A stretch of DNA of 63,610 nt, counting the filler, from Vannella sp. (taxonomy: Eukaryota), in NCBI GenBank assembly GCA_023345925.1. It is 8 parts of 8 records of this genome, joined end to end, with 100 filler letters (N's around TTAATTAATTAA, not from the genome) between each part and the next. Parts side by side here need not be neighbours in the genome. Positions count along the whole stretch, not along the records: positions 8,280 to 26,322 come from JAJQQN010000815.1; positions 26,423 to 30,501 come from JAJQQN010000760.1; positions 30,602 to 38,565 come from JAJQQN010001165.1; 5 more parts are not named here. One strand, written 5' to 3'. Of the stretch, positions 25,882 through 37,914 are shown one piece after another. Made by a program: the position numbers and the translations under genes. Under the pieces are notes generated by a model. That model made no database searches. It was given only the letters and a program-made list of their open reading frames with translations, and was not told the origin of the DNA. Each line of letters opens with the position of its first letter. The stretch's first letter is position 1.

Positions 25882-26322
25882 TCAAATGGCGGCCAGACGC
25901 TGACTGCGAGTCAGCTGGACATTGATTTTGAAGTTCTTGTATCGGATGCGGATCTCAGCAACAACAGCACCAAGTGCCACTATCACTATCGCCACACACA
26001 CCATTGCAAGCGACACCCAAGACAAAACGTTGCTCGTGGCAGAGGGTGGTGAGCAAGGGTCATTCGAGCCTTTGCCACTCAACAGCATCGCAAAGTTGGT
26101 GAGATGGTCTGTTCGACCGCACACGAGATCTCCCTTTGATGGAGAAGTCAGGCAGCGGTCTTGGCACAACCACTTGTCCTCTTTCTCATCAAAGTAGCTC
26201 AAGCATGGTCGGTCAGCAGACTTGCTTTTGTTCACAGGAGCCAGGCAGATGGTCAAGGATTGATCCAATTGAGAGATCTGGTTTCCAGACAAGTCACTCA
26301 GAGTGATGTCCAGAAGAGTCCC
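25882..26322 (-). CDS. 3' part of a GAIN/GPS-domain single-pass membrane protein (5'-truncated by contig end)
   Basis: CLSYFDE..DKWLCQDRC...CGRTDHLTNFAMLL GPS motif followed by one TM and a short tail. Confidence 0.75.
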   Translation of the reverse strand, partial: GTLLDITLSDLSGNQISQLDQSLTICLAPVNKSKSADRPCLSYFDEKEDKWLCQDRCLTSPSKGDLVCGRTDHLTNFAMLLSGKGSNDPCSPPSATSNVLSWVSLAMVCVAIVIVALGAVVAEIRIRYKNFKINVQLTRSQRLAAI

Positions 26323-26422
26323 NNNNNNNNNNNNNNNNNNNNNNNNNNNNNNNNNNNNNNNNNNNNTTAATTAATTAANNNNNNNNNNNNNNNNNNNNNN
26401 NNNNNNNNNNNNNNNNNNNNNN

Positions 26423-26671
26423 GGTGTCCAAGAGGAGCAAATCCCCAACGGCCACCTCGAGATTGTTGTCATGGACAAGGACTCCTTCGGAAAGGACGAC
26501 TGCATTGGCCAGGTCACTCTGCCCTTGGCTGATATCCCCCAAAACACTCAGACTGGCAAGGACTTCAGCCTCAAGCTCACTGGAGGACAGAAGAAGCCCC
26601 AAAACGGAGAGGTGAAGATCCGCCTGCACTTCTACAACGGTGCGGTCCAGGCTGGTTACAAGGACCAGTAA
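26423..26671 (+). CDS. C-terminal part of a C2-domain protein (partial)
   Basis: LEIVVMDKDSFGKDDCIGQVTLPLADI...GEVKIRLHF. Confidence 0.85.
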   Translation, partial: GVQEEQIPNGHLEIVVMDKDSFGKDDCIGQVTLPLADIPQNTQTGKDFSLKLTGGQKKPQNGEVKIRLHFYNGAVQAGYKDQ

Positions 26672-26802
26672 ACGCACTCCATCAAGAGTGATTCTCTCCC
26701 AAGATAAACCTTCTTGATCCACTTGCTAGCAACCACGAACATGACACGCCTTCCTTCTCCCAGGAGCAGCGTATGACGTGGCACTCTCTCCTTCATTTCA
26801 CA

Positions 26803-28347
26803 ATGGCCAGGTTCGGGCTGTACGTCCTGGGGAGTGCATTGCTCACTTGTGCAGCTGTGGGGTTGACAGCTCTTCGATACGACGAGTTCTATCTCGTTTG
26901 TGTGCAGCTGGCGACGGGAAAGATCAACCAAATGGTGAGCTTTGCCATCGCCTCTTGAAATAGCCCCTTCTTACCGCGATGCAGATCCTCTCCAACTGGT
27001 TTATGTGTTGATTACTCATCTTCTGTGGAGCCATCAAGTCACTGACGGTGGGAACGCTAAGAGAGACGGAGCAAGAGCAGTTGCTTGGGCAACTGGGAGG
27101 TTCTGTCTTTGATACGCTTCTCCTGGCCACTATCTTCTCGCATGAGTTGACAACTGCTTTCTTTGCACTTCTTTGTGTCCTGATGTGCTCAAGGAGCTTC
27201 CACATGATCGCTAATGCCCGTGTTGAATACGTATGCCGCAATTCTGACCTTCTCTTCTCTGTTCACTCATTCTCAATGACTGTAGATGGAGATACAACCT
27301 AACATATCAACTATGACCTACTTACGCCTCAGTACCTTGATGTGGGGGCTACTAACAGTTGATGTAGCATACGTTCTGTATGTTGGGGCCCTCTCTTATG
27401 TTCATGGACCGTCCATTCATCTCCTGTTTGGGTTTGAATACCTCCTACTTCTCTGGAGGATCCTTTTATCTCATTTAAAGCTTCTCCTGAACACCAGGGA
27501 ACGCGTTGTTGCGCGACCTTGGCCTGCCAAAGTCGGATACGTTTGCTCTGCCGAGCTACTGGCGAGTGCCATGAAGCTTGTCACCCTCGTTATCTTCTTA
27601 GGAACTGTACAAACCTACTACGGCACCCCAATTCACCTCTTCCGCCGAGTATTCATTAGCTTCCGCGCTTTCCAGCGACATCTTGCCGCTCTCCGTGATT
27701 ACTTCCGCTTTGTACGTAACCTAGATACTCTCTTTGAGAACGCCACACAAGAACAGCTTGCAGAGGATCCCATGTGCCTTATCTGCCGCGAGGACATGGC
27801 TGATGGGAAGCGATTGCCATGTGGACACATCTTCCACGGTGCTTGCCTTAACGGATGGCTTGCGCAGTCACATGAGTGTCCAACATGCCGAAGATCTATT
27901 CGCGATCAGCCTCCTCCTCCCCCGAATGCGCAACAGCCACCCGTACATCCAGCAATGGCTGCACCCCCACCCGCTCTCAACGAGCCATTGAGGGGCCAAC
28001 CTGAAGATGTTCACGATATGGAGCAGGAGGAACTGAGAGAGTGGGCTCCTCGTACATCAATGCCTCTCCCTCTGCATCAAGGCGATGAAGAGGATCAGAT
28101 CCTCGCGATACAAGCGAACGTCCAGCTTCTCCGACAGCAAATGGAGTTCTTACTTGAGATGGCTCGTCAAACCGAGGAGCGCCTGTCTCTCCTCCAACGC
28201 ACAAGGGCTTCTACACTTTCTGAGACCAAAAGGGAGGCCCCTGAAGAGCCATACGAGGACTTCCAGACCGAGGCAAACATCCCAGAACCCCCTTTGAGCC
28301 CTCGTGAGGTGCTACGGCGCCGCCGCCTTCAGAGATTCTCGACTTGA
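26803..28347 (+). CDS. HRD1: HRD1/synoviolin-like ERAD E3 ubiquitin ligase (two introns)
   Basis: Multi-TM N-terminus, RVEY|ME, LFGFEY, RING-H2 CLICREDM...LPCGHIFHGACLNGW...CPTCR, Pro-rich tail. Confidence 0.85.
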
Positions 28348-28442
28348 CAACCCTCGATACAACACTTTCTGTGATCCAAGAGGATGGATGGTCATGGGAG
28401 TCATAGTACAGTGTTAGTTACGGTATTGGCAATCCTTAACAT

Positions 28443-29379
28443 CTAGAACGGGATGATTGAGCCATCGTAGGCGAAGAGGCTTCCAGACTCCTTCAATGTC
28501 GCTTTCTCCAAGACGTTGGTGATGAGCTGGTTAGCGGAGTGGTCGGGAGTGAAGAGCGAGCCAGGCTTGACGTTCTTCTGGAAGGGTTGTGACAAGTCTG
28601 TGTCCACTGTACCCGGATGGAGGGCCAAAGCAATGACTGGACGAGCGCCTTTCTGTGGAGTTCTGATCTTGCTCTTCAACTCCACACTCAGGCACTTGAT
28701 GTACATGTTCAAGGCGGCTTTGGACATACGGTAGCTATACCAGCCTCCTAATCTAGCCCCTAGTTAGCCAGGTAGAGAAAGGTGGAGGTGAATCGCACCT
28801 GTTGTCACTGATGGACCCTATTCGAGCTGATAGGCAGGCGAAGTAAGAGGGATCTTGGTCTTTGTCACCGTTACTGAGGAGGGGAACGAAGGCTTTGGCG
28901 AGAAGAACAGCCGAGGTGGTATTGAGGAGCATGTTCTCTTGGAGGAACGGAACAGTCATCTCGCTGTAAGTTCTCTCGGGCATACGGACTTCAGAGGAAC
29001 CGTCTGTTCCACTTCCTGCACCTCCAGTATGGAGCATTCCCACACAACTCACTAATCCGTCTAATCGGCCAAAGTGCTGGTTGATCCAGGCCGCTGTGGA
29101 GACGCAAGAGTCAGGATCATTGATATCTAGTCTGATTTGATGGATCTGAGGTCCTTCCGCATCCAGAATAGGCTCGTCCACATCATCAGGACGGGGGTAT
29201 TGAGTAGAAGTCGCTACAATGTGCACCGGATCACCCTTACTCAGGTACTGCTTCTCATACTGAGATACAAATCCCTCTCCTATTCCCCTACGCCCTCCAA
29301 CAACCAGAAACACGGGGTTTTTGGACACCCCACTGGACCACCTCCTTCCAACGAACCACAAACGCGCTGGCGCTGGCAT
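28443..29379 (-). CDS. Short-chain dehydrogenase/reductase, C-factor/CsgA-like (one intron)
   Basis: VGGRRGIG, SARIGSISDNR|LGGWYSYRMSKAALN, ALHPGTVDTDLS. Confidence 0.9.
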
Positions 29380-29417
29380 TTAACAATGGCTCAGAGTACC
29401 TCATTTACATTCTCTCC

Positions 29418-29654
29418 ATGCCAAGAGACGGCGCACCCGCTCCTCACAAGCGACAGAAGATCGCTCCCGAGAGGAGAGCAACGTTGGACCTTTTGATAGA
29501 AGTGGCAAACGAGTGGGAAACTAGCTTGACTGAAGAGCAAGTAGAAGCCATCGTAGCGCTCTGCGAAACCGGAGCATCCCCCGAGTCTGTGTTGGCGGTG
29601 GTTCGGAGGTCGCAGCTGTTTGCACGTGAGAACCTGCTCCCTTCCAGCGAGTAG
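29418..29654 (+). CDS. MZT1: MOZART1/Mzt1 gamma-tubulin complex microprotein (divergent)
   Basis: TLDLLIEVANEWETSLTEEQVEAIVALCETGASPESVLAVV follows the Mzt1 three-helix pattern. Confidence 0.6.
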   Translation: MPRDGAPAPHKRQKIAPERRATLDLLIEVANEWETSLTEEQVEAIVALCETGASPESVLAVVRRSQLFARENLLPSSE

Positions 29655-29705
29655 AAGTGGAGAAATCAATCGTAAATAGATGTATTCACTGAGGTAGTCT
29701 CAGTC

Positions 29706-30327
29706 TTAAAGGACAATGCGTTGGTGCTCTGTGAGGCTGCGCTTGCCAATTCCATGTACATGGAAGCCGAGTCCAGTGAGTTTCTCGTGGTCGAGGATGT
29801 TGCGACCATCAAAGATGAAGGCTGGCTTCCTCATTTGCTGATAGATCTCCTCATAGTTGTATGCTTTGAACTCGTCCCACTCGGTAATCACCACCAGAGC
29901 ATGGGCATTTGCCACAGCGGTTTCGTGGGTCTTGTGGCAAGTGACCTTGGGGAAACGCTCGAGGATCTCCGCCTCAACGACTGCAGGGTCGAAGATGTGG
30001 ATGTCCGCGCTCTCAGCAGCGAGATATTCGATGATCTCGATGGCGCTTGACTCTCTGCAGTCACCAGTGTCCTTCTTGAAAGCGTATCCGAGGATGCAGA
30101 TCTTCTTGTTACGTACGGTGCCGTACATGGTCTCGAGAATGCGTGCAGCAAAGCGTTGCTTCTGGAACTCGTTGATGGTGACGATGCTCTTCCAGTACTC
30201 GGCGACGGGATACAGCTGGTAGCTCTCACAGAGGTAGACCATAGCCAACACGTCTTTCTTCAGGCAAGATCCTCCAAAGCCGACGGAGGCCTTCAAGTAG
30301 CGGCGTCCGATACGGTCGTCCATTCCA
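29706..30327 (-). CDS. UGDH: UDP-glucose 6-dehydrogenase, C-terminal part only
   Basis: GMDDRIGRRYLKASVGFGGSC, LGYAFKKDTGDCRES, VITEWDEF, FDGRN; similarity stops at about 30327. Confidence 0.85.
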
Positions 30328-30693
30328 AAGGGGTTATCTGATTCCCAAGAGGAATCAAACTTACTCAAACAAGTAAGCTCATTCAAAGGGATACCGCAAT
30401 CAGTCTAAAAGAGGCCAAAAGGATGCCATAATGCAGTATATGCACGCTGCCAATTTCACTGGACTCCCAGCTTGCGTCTTTCCGGCATCCTACACGAAAG
30501 ANNNNNNNNNNNNNNNNNNNNNNNNNNNNNNNNNNNNNNNNNNNNTTAATTAATTAANNNNNNNNNNNNNNNNNNNNNNNNNNNNNNNNNNNNNNNNNNN
30601 NTGAACTGATCCAAAGAGGCTTATTTGCCTCAGCTAATTATTTATGTTTATGCGAAGTTTTGTTTCAAGGAGGGTGGATATGGTACAAGCAGG

Positions 30694-31719
30694 TTAGCCT
30701 TCGAGCAAGAGCAGTGCTCGCTCTTGGTCAATTGGTGATGACTTTTGAAAGAACTGAGGATGATTCGTTACAGCATTCCATAAGTCCTGCTTGGTGAGGC
30801 CTCCTGATGGGGACTTTCTCTCCGCAAGACAAAGAGACAAGACGCTCTTTAGATGAACCTGGACCTACTTAGTGACTTGACCAAACTCGTGATCACACTT
30901 ACTTCGAGTGCCTTCATCATGCATGCGACACTCTCGTTGGACACTTCTGAGACAGACGCTTCGCTGGCTGTTCTCTTCATCCTCTGCCGCAAGATGAGTT
31001 GCTCTGGATTGGGTACCAGCTGCTCATCCAAAACAGACATTCTTTGAGGTGCTAAGGGGGGAGGGCAAGGTCAGAGGTGTCTCTCAATAAGATAATATGG
31101 TTGGTACCTGAAAGAAGCGCAAAATCGTTATTCAGAATGTGCTGAACTCGAATAATACCGCTCAAACTCTATTCTGGGTCACAAACCACCCTCAACATGA
31201 ACACAAGCCACGACAACTCACCTTTCGCTTGAGAACCGAGTAGGGTTGAACTTCAGCAGGGTTTAGGCGCCCTTTTTGGTTGATTAGGATCTCCTTAGGT
31301 TCAAGGACGACAAGAGAAAGGAAGACTCACTTTTCTTGTTTGCAGGGACTTCTGTTGGAATAGAAGTAACTCTTTGCCTCTTCCTTGTGGTGTCTCCACC
31401 CGCGTTGGCTCTTTGTTGCATTTGCTTGAGGTACTCAGGGGGAGGTCGAGGACATCTAGCGTTGTGAAGTATTGAAAGTATAAAATGGTTGTGAAGAATC
31501 ACTGGAAGGGAGAGGTTACACGGGGATGAGGAACCATGAGGAACTCTTACGATTATTCTCGCTCAGTAGGCGTCTAGCTGCCACATCGAACTCTGGTTTG
31601 GACAACTTAGCTTGAATGAAGCCTTGAAAGGTATCCCAATAAAGGGTAGCTTGACTTCCAAGTGCTTGGGTCAGCTTCTCCTTCTCCTTCAGCAAGTCGA
31701 TTCGTTCGTCTTGTTTCAT
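30694..31719 (-). CDS. TADA1: SAGA subunit Ada1/Tada1 (five introns)
   Basis: RIDL...LTQALG...YW..FQGFIQAKLSKPEFD...LHNHFILSIL N-terminal motif, plus histone-fold-like LRQRM...VSEVSNESVACMMKALE. Confidence 0.8.
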
Positions 31720-31904
31720 GTATCCTCAAGCCTGGCTGTGGTTGTGCAAACGTTCTGGAACTCACTCAAGGTACTCTGGCAAGGGAAAGCTTGCGTGTTG
31801 TACGACGGGAAGAGAGTTGCCCCAAGTGCAACGGACAGTCCCCAAAAAATTCGTTGCTTTTATGATTACGCATAAAATCCAACCTGTTTAGAGCAGAAGG
31901 TTGC

Positions 31905-33827
31905 TCATCTGATAAGCTGGTGAGAGAGGTGGAAAGGAGGAGGGGGAAACTAACCTCAGCTGCGTAGTAGAGGCCTGTGAGGTAACCTCCGATTGCCAGG
32001 GCGAGGAAGAGATCGAAGATGAAGGGTTTGGCAATGGAGACTGTCAGTGTCGCGGGCTGGTATCCAGAGAAGAAGGTGTACTCGGACTTGGGGTCGAGAG
32101 TGAATGTCTGGCGGCTTACATCGTTGCTGTAACTGGACAGGATACGCTCCAATCCTGCAACTAGATCCTCTGACACATAAGGAAGTACTCGTTGAGTGCT
32201 CGAGAGTGTTGAAAGCCAGGAGGATTGCATCTGGAGGGGTTGAATACTGGGATACTGTGGTTCGATGCTTAAACTCACCTTCTGGTCCACTTCAAGGGCC
32301 TTCTCGAATACCAGAACATTGCTGTGATCCAAGGACCCAGAAAACATATGCCTTGCAAGTGCCTCGCTTATCAGTCGAGTGTTAGCTGCGAGGACGCTTG
32401 ATTGAGTTCCGTTCCTGAAGGTGATTCGTCAGTCAGTGTGCCCCTTAAGACATGGACATGAGGAAGTAACTAACAAAGAGTCGAAGAGATGAGATCGACC
32501 AAAGTTTGGCTGAGGCTCTGCCTGAGTGGAGAAAGTAGCGGCAAGGAGTCGCTGTTTGCTGAAGTGTTCGTGTTCCCAAGGCTCCTCGTTGTTTGATACA
32601 TTGACCTTTCTTTGACGGACCTCGAGGTTCATGTTCAGTGCCTCAGCAGCAGATTTAAAGCTCTATCTCGGATGTTAGACAACCAGAAGCACTCGGTCCC
32701 ACCAAAACACCCACATCATACAGGCGCTTGGCGATAGGATCCCTCTCTGGACGTGAAGCGTAGAGATACAGTTGTTCCGATCCTAAGTCATATACATGAG
32801 CACGATGAACCACCTGTGAGATCGGGAGAAGGAGTCGCTTACCCTCACCAAGATTATCGAGGCAAATGACCGCCTCGAGAGTGCGAGTGACACGCTCGTC
32901 AACCTTCTTAACCCACTCCTTAGAGCCCATGAAGTTGAAGTGACCACCTGTTGCAAGGACGAAGAGAAGGTTGTAACGCGGTTGGGTGCGTGGTTGGTTG
33001 TAGAGCTGGTGGAACAACCGAGACATCTCTAATAAGGCGACAGCACTACTGGTGGATCCACTGGCACTCTCTGTAAGAGAGGGTGATGCTGAAAGAGAGT
33101 CGTAGTTGGCGACGATGGCGATAGTGGGAGTGTTGGCATCGCCGCTGCCGGAGAGCCACCCCTGAAGGTTGGTGGCTGTAATCTTCTTGATAATAGATGG
33201 CTCAGTAACGCTAACAGTCATCTCGAAGTTGTTACCGAGGACGGTGTTGAAGATCCTCTCCTGCAAGGCAACCTGTTCCTCCCCAGAGAGCACCTCAACT
33301 CGATTGGCAAGCTCCTTGAGCTTCTGGCTCTCATAAGCAAAGTATACTGGAATGAGGATGGGGTTGGTGATGAGAAGTTGCTCAGCCTTTCTCCATCTCG
33401 GAAGCAAGGTCGCGCTGATCTCTCGTGGAATCATGATGATCAGAGCATTGGCTCCCCCTGCGACTGTCTTCTGGAAGTCTCCAATGACGTTACCACCTAA
33501 CTCTGGTATCTTTCCTTCTAAGAATGCCTCAGCACGAGTGATCAGTTCCTATTCTAATGTGTAAGAACTGGGACGAAGTGACGGGTGGGAATGTACCTCA
33601 TAGGGAAGGAGGATTGCCTTAGATCGAGATGCACCCTCATCTGAGGACTTGTGGAAAGAGGTTGCGATGGAGCTCAAAGAACCTCGTGGTGTTCCAAAGT
33701 CGCTGCCGAGGCGACCATACCTCAACAACGGAAAGACTTCAAAGCTCTCAGCTGCGCTAGTTTGGAGTACTAGAACCGCAAGAATAGCTAGTCCACACCA
33801 CAGAGCTGATCCCATGCAGGAGGCCAT
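31905..33827 (-). CDS. NCLN: Nicalin (multi-intron)
   Basis: Signal peptide, PTIAIVANYDS, ALLEMSRLFHQLY...YNLLFV..GGHFNFMG, WEHEHF and a C-terminal TM. Confidence 0.9.
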
Positions 33828-33929
33828 TTGGCAATGGTCGTGATAATTATGCGATTATGAACAAAACCATAAATTTTCGTTCCTCTCTCAAAATCCTCGC
33901 CTTCGCTCCTTTTTGATTTCTCCCGAGTC

Positions 33930-34441
33930 ATGGTGCGTCCCAACCACAAGTCGTATTCTATCGTCCTCATCTTCAAACGCAGGCTCTTGTCGTCCCGGAA
34001 GGAGAGTTCCAGCTTGTGCGCCGTATCCTTAACACTAACGTAGACGGTCGCCGACGAGTGATGTTCGCCTTGGTCGGGATTAAGGGAGTTGGTCTCCGTT
34101 TCTCTGACCAGATCTGCAAGCGCGCTGAGATTGACCAAAACAAGCGTGCCGGAGAGCTCACCCTGGCTGAGATTGACAAGATCGTCGAGATCATCCAGAA
34201 CCCCCTGTCTTTCGGCATCCCCAAGTGGTTCCTTAACAGACAAAAGAACATCACTGACAACACCTACTCTCAGTTGTTCGCTAACAACCTCGACATGGCT
34301 TTGCGCGAGGATCTCACCCGCTTGAGAAAGATCCGAGCCCATCGTGGTATCCGCCACTACTTCGGTCTCCGTGTCCGTGGTCAGCACACCAAGACAACTG
34401 GCCGACGAGGAAAGACCGTCGGTGTTGCCAAGAAGAAATAA
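33930..34441 (+). CDS. RPS18: 40S ribosomal protein S18 (uS13); exon 1 is the ATG only, intron 33933-33982
   Basis: [43 protein letters not shown]. Confidence 0.97.
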
Positions 34442-34506
34442 ACACCTTGGGTCCTTGTGACATTAACCTCAACGCTCCCCATCATTGCAAAGGTGTTCTC
34501 AGTGTA

Positions 34507-37500
34507 TTAGAGAGGGATAAGTGGATCGACGCAGCCGTGGACAGTTCCAATCAAGAGACCTCCGCAATGGGGCGCTTCCTCTTCAGAAGCGTAGAATGGG
34601 AGAAGGCGGCGGCGATCAGCCATGATGAGTTGATGAGGCACATTCCCTGCTCTGTTCTTTGTAGAGATGTCTGCGCCGTGCTGGGTGAGAGCGCGAACCA
34701 TTTCGAGGTTCTCCCCAAACGCATAGGCGGAGTGGAGGGGAGTGTTCCCCTGCTGGTTGGCGCAGTTGACCTCTGGTACGATAACTGCAAAGGATCCATT
34801 CTTCTTCATGCTATCCACCACCAGGTTGACTGCTTCCGCACTGGTGCAAAAGTGCAAAGCATTGTTGCGCGACTTGTCGTGGGAGAACGGGTCCGCACCA
34901 TGGTCTAATAGGAACTTCATCGGTCGTAGATGGTTAAAGTGAGCAGCATAGAAGAGTGGAGGCTGTCCCATACGGTTGGGAAGATCCCATTTCATCAAAG
35001 CATAGATCTTCTCCCAAGACTCCAACAGCTCCATGATCTGGTCTTCCCCACAGCAAAGCATTATCCGATGGAGGATAGTCTGCTTATGCCGCCCTGAGAT
35101 CTCATCAAGCGCGGTGGGGTACCTCTGAAGAGCCTGAGTGACATTTGTCAGATTCAACATGACGGAGATGAAGAATGGGGAATCGCCACTCTCTGTTGTA
35201 CTGGCAAAGTCAGCATCACAGTCTAGAAGGTGCTTGGCAACTTCTTCTTGCCCATTAAGCAGTGCCAGCATCAAAGCAGAGAAACCTTCTTTGTCCTCCA
35301 AGTCCACTGTGGCTCCCGCATCGGTCAAGGCAATTGCGCATCCCAAGTGTCCGAAAGCTGCTGCCTTCATAAGAGCAGTTCCACCAGAGCGGTCTTGGTC
35401 GTTCAGAAGTGCCTTATTACTGATCAATAGGGTGAGAATGTCTGTGTACCCAAACGTCGCCGCAATCATGAGCGGAGTGAATCCAGTCTTATCACACTAA
35501 ACCAAGCCATCAGTAGATGCCAGTACTACACCAAAGTGACTCACCGTCATATTGGCCATGCTAGGATTAGCTTCGAGAACAATCTGAGTCATCTGGAAGC
35601 TTCCAGTGTACACAGCCGAGTCCAAAGCAGTACAACCGCGATGGTCTCGTTGGTCCAAGTGACATCGATCCACAAGATGATTGATGAGGTCCAAATGCCC
35701 CAGTTGGATCATCAGATGGAGGAAGTTCTGATTGGCAGAGTTGGTCCAGTTGTATGGAATCTCGGCCTCTTCGGCCACCAGTTTGAGGAGGTCTGCGACT
35801 ATTTCAAGATCCATTTCTGTGCCACGGTCCGCGGCAATCATAAGCTCGCTCACTACACCATCAGCCCTCTTTTGGGGCGCGAATGGGTCAACAGGGGCAT
35901 TCTCCATAGCCAAGGTGTTTTGGTGAGACTCATTGAAGCGCATTTGCTCACATGGAGGCTTAGAGAATGTCCCGCGTCGAGCAAGGAGATTGGGGACCCT
36001 CAGTGCCTTCTTGGACCTCTGAATAGAGACAGTGATATCCCCCACCTGGTTCTCTGTTGCCCTTGAAAAGATGGGAAACACTCTTGGCTTCGATAAATCA
36101 TCCTCGGCTTCCCCAAAGGGGAACTGGGAGAGGTCAATCTGAGTCCGCCCGATAACATCAGCCGAAGTCATTAACTTGGTGACAGCGCTCTTCTTGTGAT
36201 GGCACACCCCAATGATTATCTCTGAGGTCTTTGCCTTCTTAATTTCCTTATCAGAGCTTCTCACATGTTAGAGGACGGCCAAGCGGGGAGGGAGAACCTA
36301 CTAGAGGAAGGTATCGTGCCAGACATCGTCTGATGTCTTTGATAAAGGCCTGGTCTTTCGCTTGTAGCTGCCAAGATTGACAAATGCGAATGGGTCTGGG
36401 TCAAGGAAGAGCTTGTTCTTCTTCAGGTAGACTGAATGGATGACAATGCGAAGGACTTCCCGTTCCACACTCGGCATTGGGTTGGTTCCGGGGGCAGGCA
36501 AAGGGGCCATCTCTAGTGTTGGGCGAGCGGCCTCCCTCTTATCTTCGATGACCTCTGAGCTGGAGAAGTTGGCCCGTATGCGAGGGCGAACACGGTCAGC
36601 CCTTGGGCTGTCAGAAGTGTGTCTCATGCTAATCTTTGGCAATGCCACGCTGACCACCTTCTTATCCTTCCCTCCCCCAAACGAGAAAGTGGCCTTGTTC
36701 TGCCCAGTGGAGGAGTTAAGGCGAATGCCACTGCCAGCGAGAATCTCGCTCCCTTCTTCCGAGGCATCCTCTTGATTCTCGACGATAATTCCCTGATTTG
36801 AGAGCTGTTCCTTTTCCAAGTCGTCCCAGAAGGAGCTCATATCCTTGTTCTTCTTTGCCTTCCTCTCTACTCGCTCGCTCTCAATGGCAGCGCCCTCTTC
36901 GTCTGTCAAGAAGATGACTCCTTCAGAGGAACCCTTCTCAGCGGCTTTCTCGGCATCGATGGCGGCTTGTTTAGCCTTCTCGACGGCTCTACGTTGATCC
37001 TCTGCTTCAAAGACATTCCATATGTCAACAGCACCACCGCTTGGGCCCCTTTCAAGGGCTCTCTCGCCCGCCGGGCGGTCGTCAAGCTCATCCAGCTCAT
37101 CCAGATCATCCAGCTCGTCCAACTCATCCAGTTCATCTCTCTTCTGACTGTGACTACTCCCCAATGCCCTTGCTGGTGTGGGGAGGACAGGACTCCCAGG
37201 GGCGGGAGCTTCCAAGGGCGTACTTGCTCGGGTGGCGCGAGAACGATGCTGGTTTTGCTGGAGGATGACAAAGGCGGTCTCTTCTTCTAAGATGAGTCCT
37301 TGGTAGTGCTTGGTTGTCGCCTCAATAGCAGCAAAGTGACCCTGAATCAGCTTATCTTGTGCGATAAGGCGCTGACGGAGCTGGTCTGCTCGCTCCGTTG
37401 AAGGCATTCCTCGCATTTGACTCACGGCTTGTTCAACCAAGTGCCCCTTCGCAACGACAGCGGGAGGGAACCGCCCTCCGTTCGCCTCTGCCTGCTTGAG

Positions 37501-37914
37501 CATGTGGATGACTGTGCGGGCGACCTTCTCCGCTCGTTCGGTGTTCTCTCTCGTCTGTTGAAGTAGTTGGCGTTGCTCGTTGATGAGATCGTCGAGCAGG
37601 GAGACCTTTTGGCCACATTTCATGGAAGCATCGCTCTTGCTCTCAAGCAGCTTCTCCAGCTGCTCGCAGTTCAACTTGGCAATGGTAATCCTTGATCTCA
37701 ACTGCTCCAGTACTTGGGGGTCGTTGCTCACTGGGGGTGGCTGTGCAACAGAAGAAGGACGCGAGGAAGGACCTGCCATTGCGCCAAACCCTCCTCGTTC
37801 CTCGTATCCTCCCATCTCCTGCACCATTCGCACATCCTTCCAGTTATGGAACTCCTCTGGGTCCTGATATTGCACCGTCCGCATGTCCCGGTCAGGGTTA
37901 AAGTCCGACGACAT
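34507..37914 (-). CDS. Coiled-coil + C2 + ankyrin-repeat protein (two introns)
   Basis: C2-like LRIVIHSV...DPDPFAFV...VWHDTF; many ankyrin motifs (GFTPLMIAA, GGTALMKAA, GNTPLHSA). GT-AG introns join three ORFs. Confidence 0.8.

Noticed and set aside
31258..31267. AGGGTTTAGG telomere-like motif
   Set aside because: Lies within a TADA1 exon (RLNP codons), so it was not counted as a telo-box.
34023..34033. GTATCCTTAAC, resembling a U12 donor or branch site, in RPS18
   Set aside because: It encodes the conserved RILN residues in an uninterrupted frame.
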